Origin: Pseudogymnoascus verrucosus
Lineage: Eukaryota
DNA: 64,000 nucleotides
Assembly (NCBI GenBank): GCA_001662655.1
Contig: KV460264.1
Strand: one strand, 5' to 3'
Shown here: positions 35,296-47,228 of the stretch, piece by piece
Position numbering within the stretch: position 1 is the first letter of the stretch
Layout of the letters: every line of letters begins with the position of its first letter
The notes under the pieces: generated by a model
What the model was told of the DNA's origin: nothing
Databases searched by the model: none
Seen by the model: only the letters and a program-made list of their open reading frames with translations
Translations under genes and position numbers: made by a program

Positions 35296-36788
35296 TCACA
35301 TATAAATTTTCGGGTCCATCGCGCCAACCTGTGCACTCTTCGCCTCTCCCTCAAATACGAATTCACTCACTAGTTTACCAGTCGCACACGAATTCTGGAT
35401 GCCCCAGCACGAGTGCCCCGTCGCCACCACCATCCCCTTGATCCCTGTTCCACCAATTACCGGACTACTACTACCAGGTATAGAAGGGAGGTAGCACGCT
35501 TGTTTGGCAGTGACCTCGCCTGTGCGTAGCTCATCACTGATGGAGGAGACGTAGTCGACGACATCTTGGCAGCGGGAGGGATCACACTGCACGAGGTCGG
35601 CTGTGGAGGGGAGGGGAATAAGCTCATCGCCTTCTCCTGCAAGGTAGTCAGCGGCTGCCACTCACGGATACCGCCTTGCCTTCGTACAACTCGAGGAGGA
35701 TTTGCTATGTACATACCGCATACATATACCTCGCCATTCGGGCGAGCATATACCTCCGGATTAACTCTTCTCCCATGCTTGCGCTTCTTGCCATCCTGCG
35801 CTCCAAAATCTTTCGGCAGCTCAATGTCGGTGAAGAGGACGTAAGGAGTTACATGTGCATTGATTGTGACAGAGTGTGCTCTTAATGCATCGACCGCAAT
35901 GTCAGGGAATACGTGGCTGCTCCACGGTCCTGCGGAAACGACTATATCTGTTGCCGGGATAGTATGAATCTGTTTTGTTTGCCTGTCCATGTATGTGACG
36001 CTCTTTACATGCCCGCCTGTATAATCGATCGAGTCAACGTGCGCGCCAACTTTGACTTCGGCACCTTTCTCCTGTGCCAGCTCTGCCATGGAGGTTGTAA
36101 ACTGGTATGGGTGGACTTGTGCAGTTGCATCCGCGTCGCCTATTGAGGAATACTCCGTGAGACCCTCGGCAATGAACCAGTCCAAGTCTTCCGGTATGCC
36201 CTTCTTCTCCAGTGACTTGAGACTCGCTTCATCCTGCTTTGGAAGCTTATTCCATTCCGCTGATCCCGTACCGCTATCCGCCTTCGGTGTTTCCAATCGG
36301 TCGGACTGGGCCTTTGCTCTAATAGATCCCGCTTGTACAGATCTGTAGCCCCATCTCTTCGCGCCGTCATGTTCAGCAGCTAGCTCGGCGTGGAGACGGA
36401 ACGACAGCGGGACAATGCTTGGAGGGTATGCCCACAGAGCCAAGAGGCCTCCTGCTTTGCCAGATGCGCCAGCTGCGATAGCTGTGGCCTCGAGGATTGT
36501 GATAGAGTGAAATTTCGGGTTAAAGGACGGATGGCGAGTGAGGAAGTATGCACTGGATTCATGAGCGTCTAGATATAGCTGTCGGTTGGTTACATATTTC
36601 GTACCTGTTGAGCTTCAGTTAGCAGCTGCGCAAGTATGCTTCTGTTTAAGACAAGCTCACCTTGTGCATCCAATGATGCCACCACCTTGTTATCACGTTC
36701 GTTAGAAACATTTGTTTGTGATGGGTTTCGCAAGCTAGAGCCCACCTATAATGACAATGTGTCTTTTCTCGTCAGGGTGTGAGGCCAT
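35296..36788 (-). CDS. FAD-dependent oxidoreductase, DAO/glycine-oxidase family (yeast Tda3-like), 3 introns
   Basis: Spliced N-terminus MASHPDEKRHIVIIGGGIIGCTSAYFLTRHP...GASGKAGGLLA (GxGxxG), TAQVHP, and C-terminal ATGHSCWGIQNSCATG. Confidence 0.88.
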
Positions 36789-37246
36789 TGCAATAGCTCT
36801 AGCCTTAACAGCAGGCTAAAATTAAACCAATTGTACTCGTGAAGGTCGATGACAATGCTAATACTAGGGTTTGGAGAAAGAGGATGCTGTCGGAAGAGGT
36901 GTTCTACCTACATAAACGATAAGAGATCCAAGCTACCATAGGCGATGCGTCATCGCTCCTGCTTTAGCAACGCCACACCTAAATATTCATGCAGCTACAC
37001 ATAATTGCACTTCATACGCACAACAATTTCCCTCTACGTCTAATTGAAAACAGGAGTTTACAATGAGAGAGATTAATTAATTTACGACTATAAGTTAACA
37101 ATCATTCTAAGGTAGCGTTGAAATACAAGCACGCAAAACCAGGATAGTTCGGAATGCATAAAACACTCATAAATTTATATAATTGTTAAAATATATAATT
37201 ATATTCCAATTTCGGTACGGTTTCAACCACCACTCCCTCTATATAT

Positions 37247-38581
37247 TTATAACCTTGAATTTACCTTTGCTACATCTTTTGCATGCTGAAAGATAAGAGG
37301 ACGGCTCTCTTCGGTGTTGTTGAGGTAAATTGTGAACCCGTCGTTATGGTTGCACCCAGTACTAAGCCCACACACACCCAGCTGCCAGTATGCATCGCTC
37401 ATCTTATATTGGAGAGCTATCTTCTGCCATTCTCCAATGACAGCCACCCTCGTCTGGTTCGCAGGGACAGTCCTGTTGACGAATGCAAGCCGATCTTCTG
37501 GATGGAGCCAACCGTACTCCTCAAACAAGACAGGCTTATTGAGTTTGACCTGTGCCTTTCCATGGTCCGCTACCCATTTGTTGGCCCATTCGGCGGTCTT
37601 GTCCCACCAGTCAGGGTACAGATGGAAAGTACCGAAGTCCATTTCTTGCAGTGCCAGTTCATTATAGAAGTGTCCGCCATCAGCGCCTGCATAGGCCCAA
37701 TCCTCGTTACCTTCCTCGTAGAACTCGCCTTCGCCACCCCAAGTAACCATATGCTTCTTGTCGATTCCTTTGATAAATTTCCCCATATCAGCAATCCAAT
37801 CGGTAACCATCACATGGGAGCAGTTCGTGCCAGCAGAGCGAGGCAGATTCCTCGTTCCATCAGCACCGCAGCGGGGCTCATTGGAAAGCTCCCATGCGAA
37901 TATAGCCGGGGAGTCTTTGTACCGACTGACAACGGCAGCGGTGTATTTCTTGAAGGCGTTGACGATCTTCGGGCTATGGAAAAAGTCGTCATGGTATTTC
38001 CCACCAAGGTTAACTGTGTAAACGTCCATACCTCCATAATCCGCCCAGTTGTTGGTTAAGGCCATGACGAGTTTAATCCCAGTTTCTTCAGCAATCTTGA
38101 CCACCTTGTCGAGTGCTTGCAATCCATTAGGGCCGTAATTGATCGTTGCCACTCCGTCCTTGAACGATTGGAAATATATCGGGGATTCGCCTGCTCCTTC
38201 TCCTCCGTACATTGGTAGCCCGCCGGGAATATAAGTTGCGTTCTTGTCATTAAAAGCCCATGTACGCATGACTTTCAAGCCAGCATGTTTGGCCTGTGTA
38301 AGAGCGTTCCTCACATCCGAAGGGTTCTATTCTAGAACTCAGTATCACCCTCGGTAGGAGGAATAAAGTTCGTAACTCACGTTGATGAATGGGAGCCAGT
38401 ATGCGTTGCTTCCAGCAAAGAGGAACGGTTTGCCATCTAACATGAACTTCGATCCTTCAGCATAAGGGATGCCTTTGTGGTACTTAGGCTTCCCTCCGAA
38501 CGGAGGCCATGTTGGCCATGTTGGCGATGCTACGGTGCTCGCGGCCAGGAAGGCCAACGTTATTCCGGCGGTAAGCTTCAT
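37247..38581 (-). CDS. Secreted GH5 endo-beta-1,4-mannanase (GH5_7-like), 1 intron
   Basis: Signal peptide, FAGSNAYWL, RTWAFND, NNWADYGGMD, acid/base AWELSNEP, TFHLYP, nucleophile LFEEYG; intron 38327-38380. Confidence 0.92.
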
Positions 38582-39481
38582 GACGGTTGCTCAGGAAAGG
38601 TCGATTGAGTCTGTAGCAAGGAGGCTGAGCTTCACGAGAATCTGAGGAGCGAGCCAGAAACCATAGTTTATATATTGACGTTGAGAGTATCGGAACCCCA
38701 GCTCCGTCGCAAATGCGACAAACAACGAGGAGGCGCCATCATATATCTCGTCCAATTGGCATTACGTAGCTGTCCCTGAGGTGTTGGTAACCTAGCCAGG
38801 CACAGTGCACTTTATTCTGCGGGGAGCCTTGTTTGTGTTGATCTGCAGGAGTGTTAAAGCGGGAAGCAATAATCAGCCAAGAAATTGCAATTTCGATGTT
38901 ATATAGTGCGGAGGGTAAGGCGCCGAGGGAGCGCCAAAATTACTATTGCAAATTAATCAAGCCACATCCGCCATTTTTAAGCCTCGGAGATAAATATGTT
39001 TAAAGACTGGCTGAAATTATGTCGCTGGCGGACCATATTGGCTTACTATTTGTTCTCTGCCAGTTTTGTTTGACGCTGTAACGAGAACCAGAATCGCATC
39101 TCAACCTAGTGATTCGTTCAATTCACGCAAGCTTTTGCGTGACATCGGTATTTTTCGAATGACTTTCATCGAAACATATTGCGATACTTACTTCCACAAT
39201 TCTGTGTTACTCTGTAGTAGGTATGAGATACCTAGTACATGCGGGGTGGTTCAAGAAGTAAGAGAGCATAAATATCAAAATATCAAAATATAAAGTGGAA
39301 ACTTAGTGAAGACGGATAATTATTATTAAGGCCGCAGCCGACGCCTTCTTGTGCATTAAAATTTTATGGTAATAGCTTGAAGTTAACGTGCTGCCGACAG
39401 GCCGAACGTGTGTGATCTATCTTGGCGGGACAGGTATTAAATATTATATGTACGAAACTGTCTGCCATATGTTTTAACATC

Positions 39482-41618
39482 CTATTTCGGGCACAAACGC
39501 CCAGTCTGGAGAGTCAGCCAGTCTTCTTGGCCGGTAATATACCAGTCCTCACTGCCAACAGCGGTAGGCGCCCAGAAGACGTTCCATGGATCCGTCGCCT
39601 TCTTGATGCGCTTCAGCCTGTCATAGTTGGATCCGAAGAAGGCCTGTCCAAAGTTCGGCTCCATGACATCGCCTTCGTTGAGATAACCGCCGCTGCCCGG
39701 GGTAATCGCGCGGAATCGAGCTCCCCAATCGTTCGTTATCCTCTTGTTGGCAAAGGCGATATCCTCCAATGGAGCATCTGGAGCCCATCCGCCACCAAAG
39801 ATACCATAGAGAGTAGCATCACGCCATGCTGGGTTCACTGCGTTGTCTGGTGTACCGGCTGGTGCGGCTCCGTTAATGTTGTATTGGATGAATGCGGAAC
39901 CGTCCTCGATAACAGAACGGATGGTGGAGATGGTCTTGTTTAGAGTTACCTCATCTGCCCAGTTCTTGATAGGGAACAGGCGCGATGCGGTGCGCAGATT
40001 GCTATTAGCGACGCCCTCGACGGGGAAATGGGATGTCCATGTGTCGTAAAAGTTATCGTGCTCAAAGAACACTGGCTCAAATTGGAGACCCAGCGCAGTC
40101 CACTCGTCAAAGAGCGGGGTCACCATAGCCTTGAAGTCGACAAGGCTCATCTGAGGTACAAGCCATGGTAGCATGCTCCACATATATCCACCGGCAGGGC
40201 CAAGCGGGAATATACTAGAGTACCCGTAGGTGCCTTTCGCAGCGTATCCAGGGAATTTGCGCCAGTAGGCCTCAAGGGCAGCCCAAAAGATGTTGTCAGG
40301 AACGTTGGTACCGGGACCACTCAGGATGGTGAACGTCACGCCGGAAAAGTTCATCTTTGGGTGGACTTTGACAGTCATGCTGGTGACCACACCAAAAGTG
40401 CCACCACCGCCGCCACGGATAGCCCAGAACAGATCCTTGTTGTTCTTTTCGTCAGCAGTGACAAAGCGCCCATCGGGAGTAACAACGTCGATGCTGAGGA
40501 CCTGGTCCGCGCCCATGCCGTATTTTGACGAAATTGGAGAGTGGCCGCCTCCAGCAATGTAACCGCCAGTAACACCAACACCCTTGCATTCACCGCCGAC
40601 AGCAGTGACACCGTACTTCTTAGCTGCCTCATACAAGTCGAGCACCTGGATACCAGCGCCGAGCTTGAAGGCAGGCCCTTTGTACGAGGGGGAGCTGTAG
40701 CTTTTAATAAAGCTGATGCTCTTCAGGTTATGAGTCCAGATCGAGAGCGCACCGGCACCAGTTGATTTGCCGAGAAAGTCATGGCCAGTGTTGTGAACAA
40801 CAAGGCGAAGGTTGAGGTTGCGAGCGAAGTTGACGGCGAGTTGGATCTGCGAGACGGTTGTCGCCTTAACAGAATAAGAGGGGAAACCGCCTAGCTCGCA
40901 GGTGCTTGTGTTGCCGGCTTGAGGCATGCAGGTCTCGCCCTGGTAGAGAGGTGACATGACCGAGGTAGGGTCTCCCGCACTGCTTGGTGTTAACTAATAC
41001 TGACATATTGTAATGCACGTGAATGAGGGGGAAGAATTATGGTTGAGGGTTGAAAAGTGGAATTATAATATAAAGGACTTACTGGGTGGCCGACTCTGTC
41101 CAGTGAGCTAGAATATTAGCACACTTCGCAGCGTTATAGTGCTTGTTGTTCTTATAACAAACGGCGCCAATCGGGACCGTCTCAATGAGCGCGCCTCCCG
41201 TCAGGATGTTGAAAACGGTCCAGATCGGCTTGGACGGCCAGAGTAGGTCTCCTGGAGACGTCTTGCAGCGGTTGAAAATGGAGCGCTTGGCAACTACTTC
41301 GTCAGAGCTGGCAAAGTTGAAGAGCGAAACATTGCTAAGCTCCAATTCCGTCAGGTTCGCTAGGACGGCATCCGTAAGTTGAAACCTTTCGGCCTCAGAC
41401 AAAACAGAAGCTGGGTCTTCAAGAAGCTGGGCAGCCGGGGCCACAGTTGTCTCATCAGCAGCTATTCAATTGCATTAGCATCGCGGGAGATAACGAGGAA
41501 AGTGAGGGCCGCGTACGGATCAATTCGCCATTCTGAGTCACTGTCTGGGCGCCGACAAGGGTTGCGAGGGGAAGAGCGCTCGCCAGAAGCAGCGCTCGAG
41601 CGAAAGATGAGAAAGCCA
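39482..41618 (-). CDS. Secreted FAD-linked oxidoreductase (berberine-bridge-enzyme-like), 2 introns
   Basis: Signal peptide MAFSSFARALLLASALPLATLVGA; NTGHDFLGKS (covalent FAD His), GGGHSP, AIRGGGGGTFGVV, and BBE C-terminus YLNEGD...FFGSNYDRLKRIKKATDP. Confidence 0.92.
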
Positions 41619-43428
41619 TGATGCCGTGAACCTTCACGGGAATGGAAGAGTGAGACCATCGTGAGGCATCTCGCAGTAATATATATATTCTCGGGAAATC
41701 TACGGGCAATATGCGGGCGATCTAGTAGATCCTAGTCAATCTCGCGATACACACGTGGCATCCTGGATCTGCCGGAAATATGCCTATCAGAATTCCAGCA
41801 ATCTCCGAATTATGCCAAGAGAGCTAGTTTCTCACTCGTCTGCTTATGCCGAGCTTACCATAATGCTCGAGCGTGACCAGAAGGTGCCCAGCGCCGTCTG
41901 ATACGTACCACTGAGGATAGACGGGGTAAATTATACCGAAATGTGCGAATGATTCCAAGAATCCCTAAACTCAGGGGACCGGGGCTCGTTCCCCTGAAAG
42001 ATGTAGCGGGCCTGCATGGTTTTGCAACTCTCGGAACGCAACTCCCGGATTGGGTACCTTGGGTCGCAGCTGCTGGGTCGTTGCCCCTGTCTACCTGAGC
42101 CAATGTGCTGGACGCATAGCACAGGCCCGATATTTAACCTTGGCGTATTTTGCTGCACTTCACTCCTGTCAGGCATGGTTTGGGTCACTGCCGACGTCTG
42201 CGACCGAAAATAACATGGTGAAGACCCCGTTTTGTTAGCGATTTGGCCTTTGAACATGTACGGAATACGGAATACGGTATACGGTATAAATACCCCTTTT
42301 GCATGATGTACACGAAAAAAAAAAGGATACTTACTATGCCAAGGGACAGACAAGACTACTAGATCACTACTAGATCAACTCCCAAGTATGCTTCGGTTGC
42401 TCAGCTCGGTCAGTCGCCGAAGTTTGGGTTGGGGCGTTCAAATGCCGATCCGTCTTGGAAGTTGGCAGGAGCGTGGCGCCGCTCCGCCGCCCTGCCGTCA
42501 GACTCGCGCTAAACTTCGCCAAACCCCAGCTCCAGCGTAGAGCCAAACCGCTTAGAGTTTAAACACAGGCATCCCTCTCCACTTCGCTCATTTGACAAGT
42601 CGTGCTAACTCGCTAACTGTGTGCTAGTGGTGTCTACTTATATGCTCTAAGAGGTCCCAAGAACCCCTAACGTGGTCTAACATGGTCTAATGAGTTTTAC
42701 GAAGTAATGAGGACTGAGGTTAGCGACCTTGTCTTCCATATAGTCCATTTTGATTGGACTACCCCGCAATATTTCGATTACCATGACCAGCTTATTGAGG
42801 GCTCGAGCCTCTCCTGAGGTATCCAGGAGGTCGGTGCTGTACGAAGACGGGATGAAAAAAGGCGCAACTAATCCTGCCGCTTTCCCAGGTAGTGTGCTTC
42901 CTGCAGGAAATCCAGCTCTCTCTAACCACCAAGTCTAGTTTCCCTTAAAGCAGCATTACGGAAAGCGCTATCTATGGCTATGGTGACAGATTATGCCTCC
43001 ACTTCCGTTGTCCCCCCCGAGAATCTTTCACCATCATTCGCCTCTAACCACATCTATGGTGGCTGTTACACACCGGTGCCTTCTTGGCTGTCATACAGAG
43101 ACATGATCGTCAGCTTGGCCATTGCTCTAGAATGTGGAATTGGAGTCCAGTCCTCGCTCTCGCATAACAAGCAACCGAGATTTCCCCCCGAAGCAGAACG
43201 GTCCTTCTGATTGGCAATCATTTCCTTTTTCTCTTCGCACAAGAGATCGACTCTGCACCGACACTAACACCTTATTTATCTCCGATCCCCGCTGTCATCG
43301 AAGCCTTGCTCATAGCTGCTCTCAATTGCTCTCTGGGTCAACCGAACAGTGATGGCCGGTCGTTGATTTCCAACGTCACGTTTAAGATACACTACTACCC
43401 GCCGATTCTTGATGGTACTCCGGATATA

Positions 43429-44879
43429 ATGCATACTATCCTCCCAAGACGCCCTCCCCATGGGGATGTCACAAGAATCCCGACACCGCCGCTACAAGCT
43501 GCGGGACTGTTTATCAACTTTTTCTTTCCCGCCCTGGCACTGATTTTCGTGTGTCTGAGAGCCTTTTGCAGAGTCAAAATCAAGCAATGGGGTCCCGGTG
43601 AGTGCTCCGACCTCGTCAGCCAAGAATGCTTTAATGGAATATTTTCTAACATCAACTGCTAGATGACTACTTCATCATTATTGGATTGGTAAGCTCCGTT
43701 GTCCAAATACGTTTGTCAGGGGCCGTTCAATGCCCCTTTAAGCAGAGCTGAAATACCTAATACCTGGACAGATGTTTTCACTTCTGATGTGTGGGCCGTT
43801 TTATATGCGTATGTGAAAAGTCCTGAAAGCGAAGAAGGAGAACTGACATGATCGGCCTTGCAGACATCAAGCTGAATTACTGGGGATGGTATGCGGTCGA
43901 TGTGCCAGCAGATTACGATCCTTCCCCTGGAATGTGGTGGTTCTATCTGGCACAATTATTTTATAATCCAATCCTCGCATTCGTCAAAGCCTCGGTCCTA
44001 TTATTCTTGCTACGCCTAGGTGGCCAAAGGCCAGCTACTCGCTACGCCATATACGCTCTGTTTACTTTCAACGCCTTGCAGGCCATCGCCATATTCCTCG
44101 TGGCAACACTGCAATGTCTACCAATTGCAGCCAACTGGGATTCTGCTGTAATGGCCACCGCAACTTGTGTTGATGTGTCGTTTCACGTCGCAATCTCGGC
44201 CTTAACTATATTCACGGATATCCTGGTGCTTGCTCTACCCTTCTGGATTTTCCTGGGGCTTAACATGCCCATGGCACAAAAGATGACAGTAATCGGCGCA
44301 TTTTTGCTTGGAACCTCGTAAGTAAATGTCGCTTCAGAAGCACATTGCACAACTTGGAGTTCAATACTGATGGTCATACTTCGCAGCGTTACCGTAGTGG
44401 CTATCGTCCGATTTGTCGAGTTATACAGGTTGTTCTACGTGCCCAACCCGAACGGAGATCCTTTCCATTCTATTGGAATCACGCTTTCCACCGTGGAAGC
44501 AAATGTCGCCATCATATCCGCTACTATTCCCGCCTTGAGACCTCTCGGCAGAATCTTGATGCCAGGCCTCTTTGCTGGCTCAAGCGTCAACTATAATACA
44601 TCGAAAAGCGGCGGCAACTTGCGCAGCGACAACCCAGCTATCTATAACCGCCATGGTACCAGCGTTAGCATAGCGATGAAGAGTATGCGCGACGGTTCAC
44701 AGGCCAAGCATACTGAGTGCCGCAGCGTGAGCCCCAATGACAGCGAGGAGGAAATCATGACATACCATGGCATCGTAAAGTCTACAGATGTGCGCGTGCA
44801 ATTTGACAGCGAGAATGACGATCGGGCATCGTCTCGGATGTCGAACGAGCAAAAGGGAGGCAGGTATAGCAGGACGTGA
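43429..44879 (+). CDS. PTH11-like (fungal rhodopsin-domain) multi-pass membrane protein without CFEM, 4 introns
   Basis: VCLR...WGP|DDY, KASVLLFLLRL, QCLPIAANWD, TIFTDILVLALP, VEANVAIISATIPALRPL; GT-AG introns join the ORF pieces. Confidence 0.88.
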
Positions 44880-45440
44880 TGTGAGCTTCGGTAGTTACAT
44901 TTGATCTATAACGGATGATACCCGGTCTACAGCGACTTTAATTCGGAGGGCGAGTCTACGCGAGGCGGGTGGGGACTTGACGAAGCCTGAACCAGTCGAT
45001 CCCAATCGCATGTCGGGCACTGGCACATATCATGCCATTGCATATAACGTCCGCCGTTGAACTAAATGGCTGCTTTTGATAGCAATAGCCATAGGCTGTA
45101 ATATTATTTACAGCATACCAAGCATCGTCTCTTAAGTTTATATACCATTGTTCGCAGCAGAATCCATCCCTTGGATTTAAGCTTGAAAGATCATTGCAGT
45201 GCAGTGAGACCATAAAACAAAGCCGTGAAAGGGTGCAAATAAGGTTGTCCTTGTAATTGACACCTTGTGGCACTCCAAACAATATATCTATATTGTTAGA
45301 TATATACTATAGACGACACCACATGCTCCCTTGGTATATGTATTATAAAATTATGTGTTTACCCACTTCACACGCTGCTCCTAACCTGCTTTCTGCAATT
45401 TTGATGTATATTCTATTCTATTCAAAGGCTCGATAAATAT

Positions 45441-46286
45441 TTAGTACCGTTCCATGATAAGCTGCGTCTTCAAGGAGTCCTGAGCAAGGAACCACCCCTT
45501 GGTCTGAAGCAAGTTCATAAGTTGACTTTGCTTTGTTGACGCGTCACTGCTGGTGTCGGTCTTGAACGACGCCTCAACAATGTACTCAATTCCCGAACCT
45601 GATGCGGCCTTAATTGGCCACACCTCAACGTACAGCTTTACGCCGCTGAAGATGCCAGTAGAGCGCTTTGCCAGCACAGGACCGTAGATACGAGACGTCT
45701 TCAGCTCAGTCGTGCCCCAGTTGTCAGATGTCCAGTCGTTGAACTTGTCTGGCGCATTATTGATGAGAATGGTCCGGGAGTCTCCCACATTAGGGAGGTC
45801 CATTCCGCTGGCACCTGAGGCGGTCTTGTCGTTGCTGAGAGAGAGGGTCTTCTTCTGATAGCCCCACTCGATTTGAGCCTCGTACTTGGAGGTGTTGGCA
45901 TCAAACCCCTCAGAGTTGGCTTTGGTGAGTGCGCCGTTAATGTCGTTCCCGGAGACAGCATATCTCTTCTTGTAGGTCAAGTCGTAGTCAGACTCGCCCT
46001 CCATATTGCGGATACGTGGACTCCAGCCAGCGTTGTAGAGCGTCTGGGCGTCATCGTCAAGGAACTGTACGCTCATCTTGGTAACGGTCGTTGGCATCGC
46101 AAAAGCAGAGAGAACCTCTGATTTGAGTTTAAAGTCTGATCCAAGCACCACAGCTGGGTTCATCAAGAGCTTGACCTCGTAGTTTGGTACCATGTTGGCC
46201 GCAGCAGACGCCAGCGAGGCTGCAGCCAGAGATACCGCAGCAGCGGCGAAAAGGCCGCGCGAAGAAAATTTCATAATGGATGCCAT
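45441..46286 (-). CDS. Secreted intronless protein with CYTH/triphosphate-tunnel-like motifs
   Basis: 281 aa with an Ala-rich signal peptide, N-terminal YEVK (ExK), QFLD, GWSPRIR, LTYKKR and C-terminal YVEVW...IVEASFK...SLKT, in the order seen in CYTH-like folds. Confidence 0.7.
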   Translation of the reverse strand: MASIMKFSSRGLFAAAAVSLAAASLASAAANMVPNYEVKLLMNPAVVLGSDFKLKSEVLSAFAMPTTVTKMSVQFLDDDAQTLYNAGWSPRIRNMEGESDYDLTYKKRYAVSGNDINGALTKANSEGFDANTSKYEAQIEWGYQKKTLSLSNDKTASGASGMDLPNVGDSRTILINNAPDKFNDWTSDNWGTTELKTSRIYGPVLAKRSTGIFSGVKLYVEVWPIKAASGSGIEYIVEASFKTDTSSDASTKQSQLMNLLQTKGWFLAQDSLKTQLIMERY

Positions 46287-47228
46287 GGTTTCTTGATTAT
46301 GCTACTTGGAAGAGCTCGTGAAATTTGAGGATATCGCGTGAGAACATCTTGTGGAAATCAAAGCACTATATGTAGTGTTCTGTCAAGTTGAGACATCTCA
46401 GACGCGCCATAACAAACGAGGAAATGATCTCTCAAAGTCCGACTCTAGATTATATCCAGCAAAAGAAATGTTTTCCAAGTTGAACAATGAGGTTTACATG
46501 TCCTCGTAGAGCGTTATGATAATGCACGTGGGACAGTGATGAGCACGTGGGACCGAAACACGTGTTGGCGACATTGAGCCACATAGGTTCAGCGAGGAAG
46601 GTAAGCGCCAAGAACTGTAACTTAGACGCAGCTTATGCAGGTTAAAACTGCAAGTTTCTCTTCTAAGAAGGTGAAGTTGAAGTTGAAGTCTAAATTCTCT
46701 CGTCGAATCCAATTCTAGCCCTGCAACGAGCGATCCGGTTGCTTATCCCCAAATTTCAAATTATTGGTGGAGCCGTCGATCCCCCTGTGTGCCATGTTTG
46801 GTCTGCAAGTGCTGGCTGTATCAGTTATGTCCAGGAATGTGTTGACGTCCGGAATGCCGATTGCGGAGTAAGGTGAGGTGTAAAGTATTGAATGAACTTT
46901 AACAACGCAAGGGTCAAACCCTCGAGAGGAACACATGGTCCGAAGATCCAAACGTTTGTCGACATTTCATGAAAGATTCCAGGAAGCGAACGGAGGAAGT
47001 TGATTCTAGGACTGACGTCTCATTTCCATGTAGCAAACCAGGTGCAGAGTCAGAGTCAGGAAGCTTTTTTTTTAGTTAGCTGTGACCTCACCACTGAGAA
47101 TTCAATTGAATCAAGGATATAACGTTTTATATGACATTCATATACATACGATGATGTAGCCATGCAAATGAACCCCCCTTTTAATATCTGGGGAGTAGAT
47201 GGTCACCGCGAGAAGGTGTAGAGCGCCC

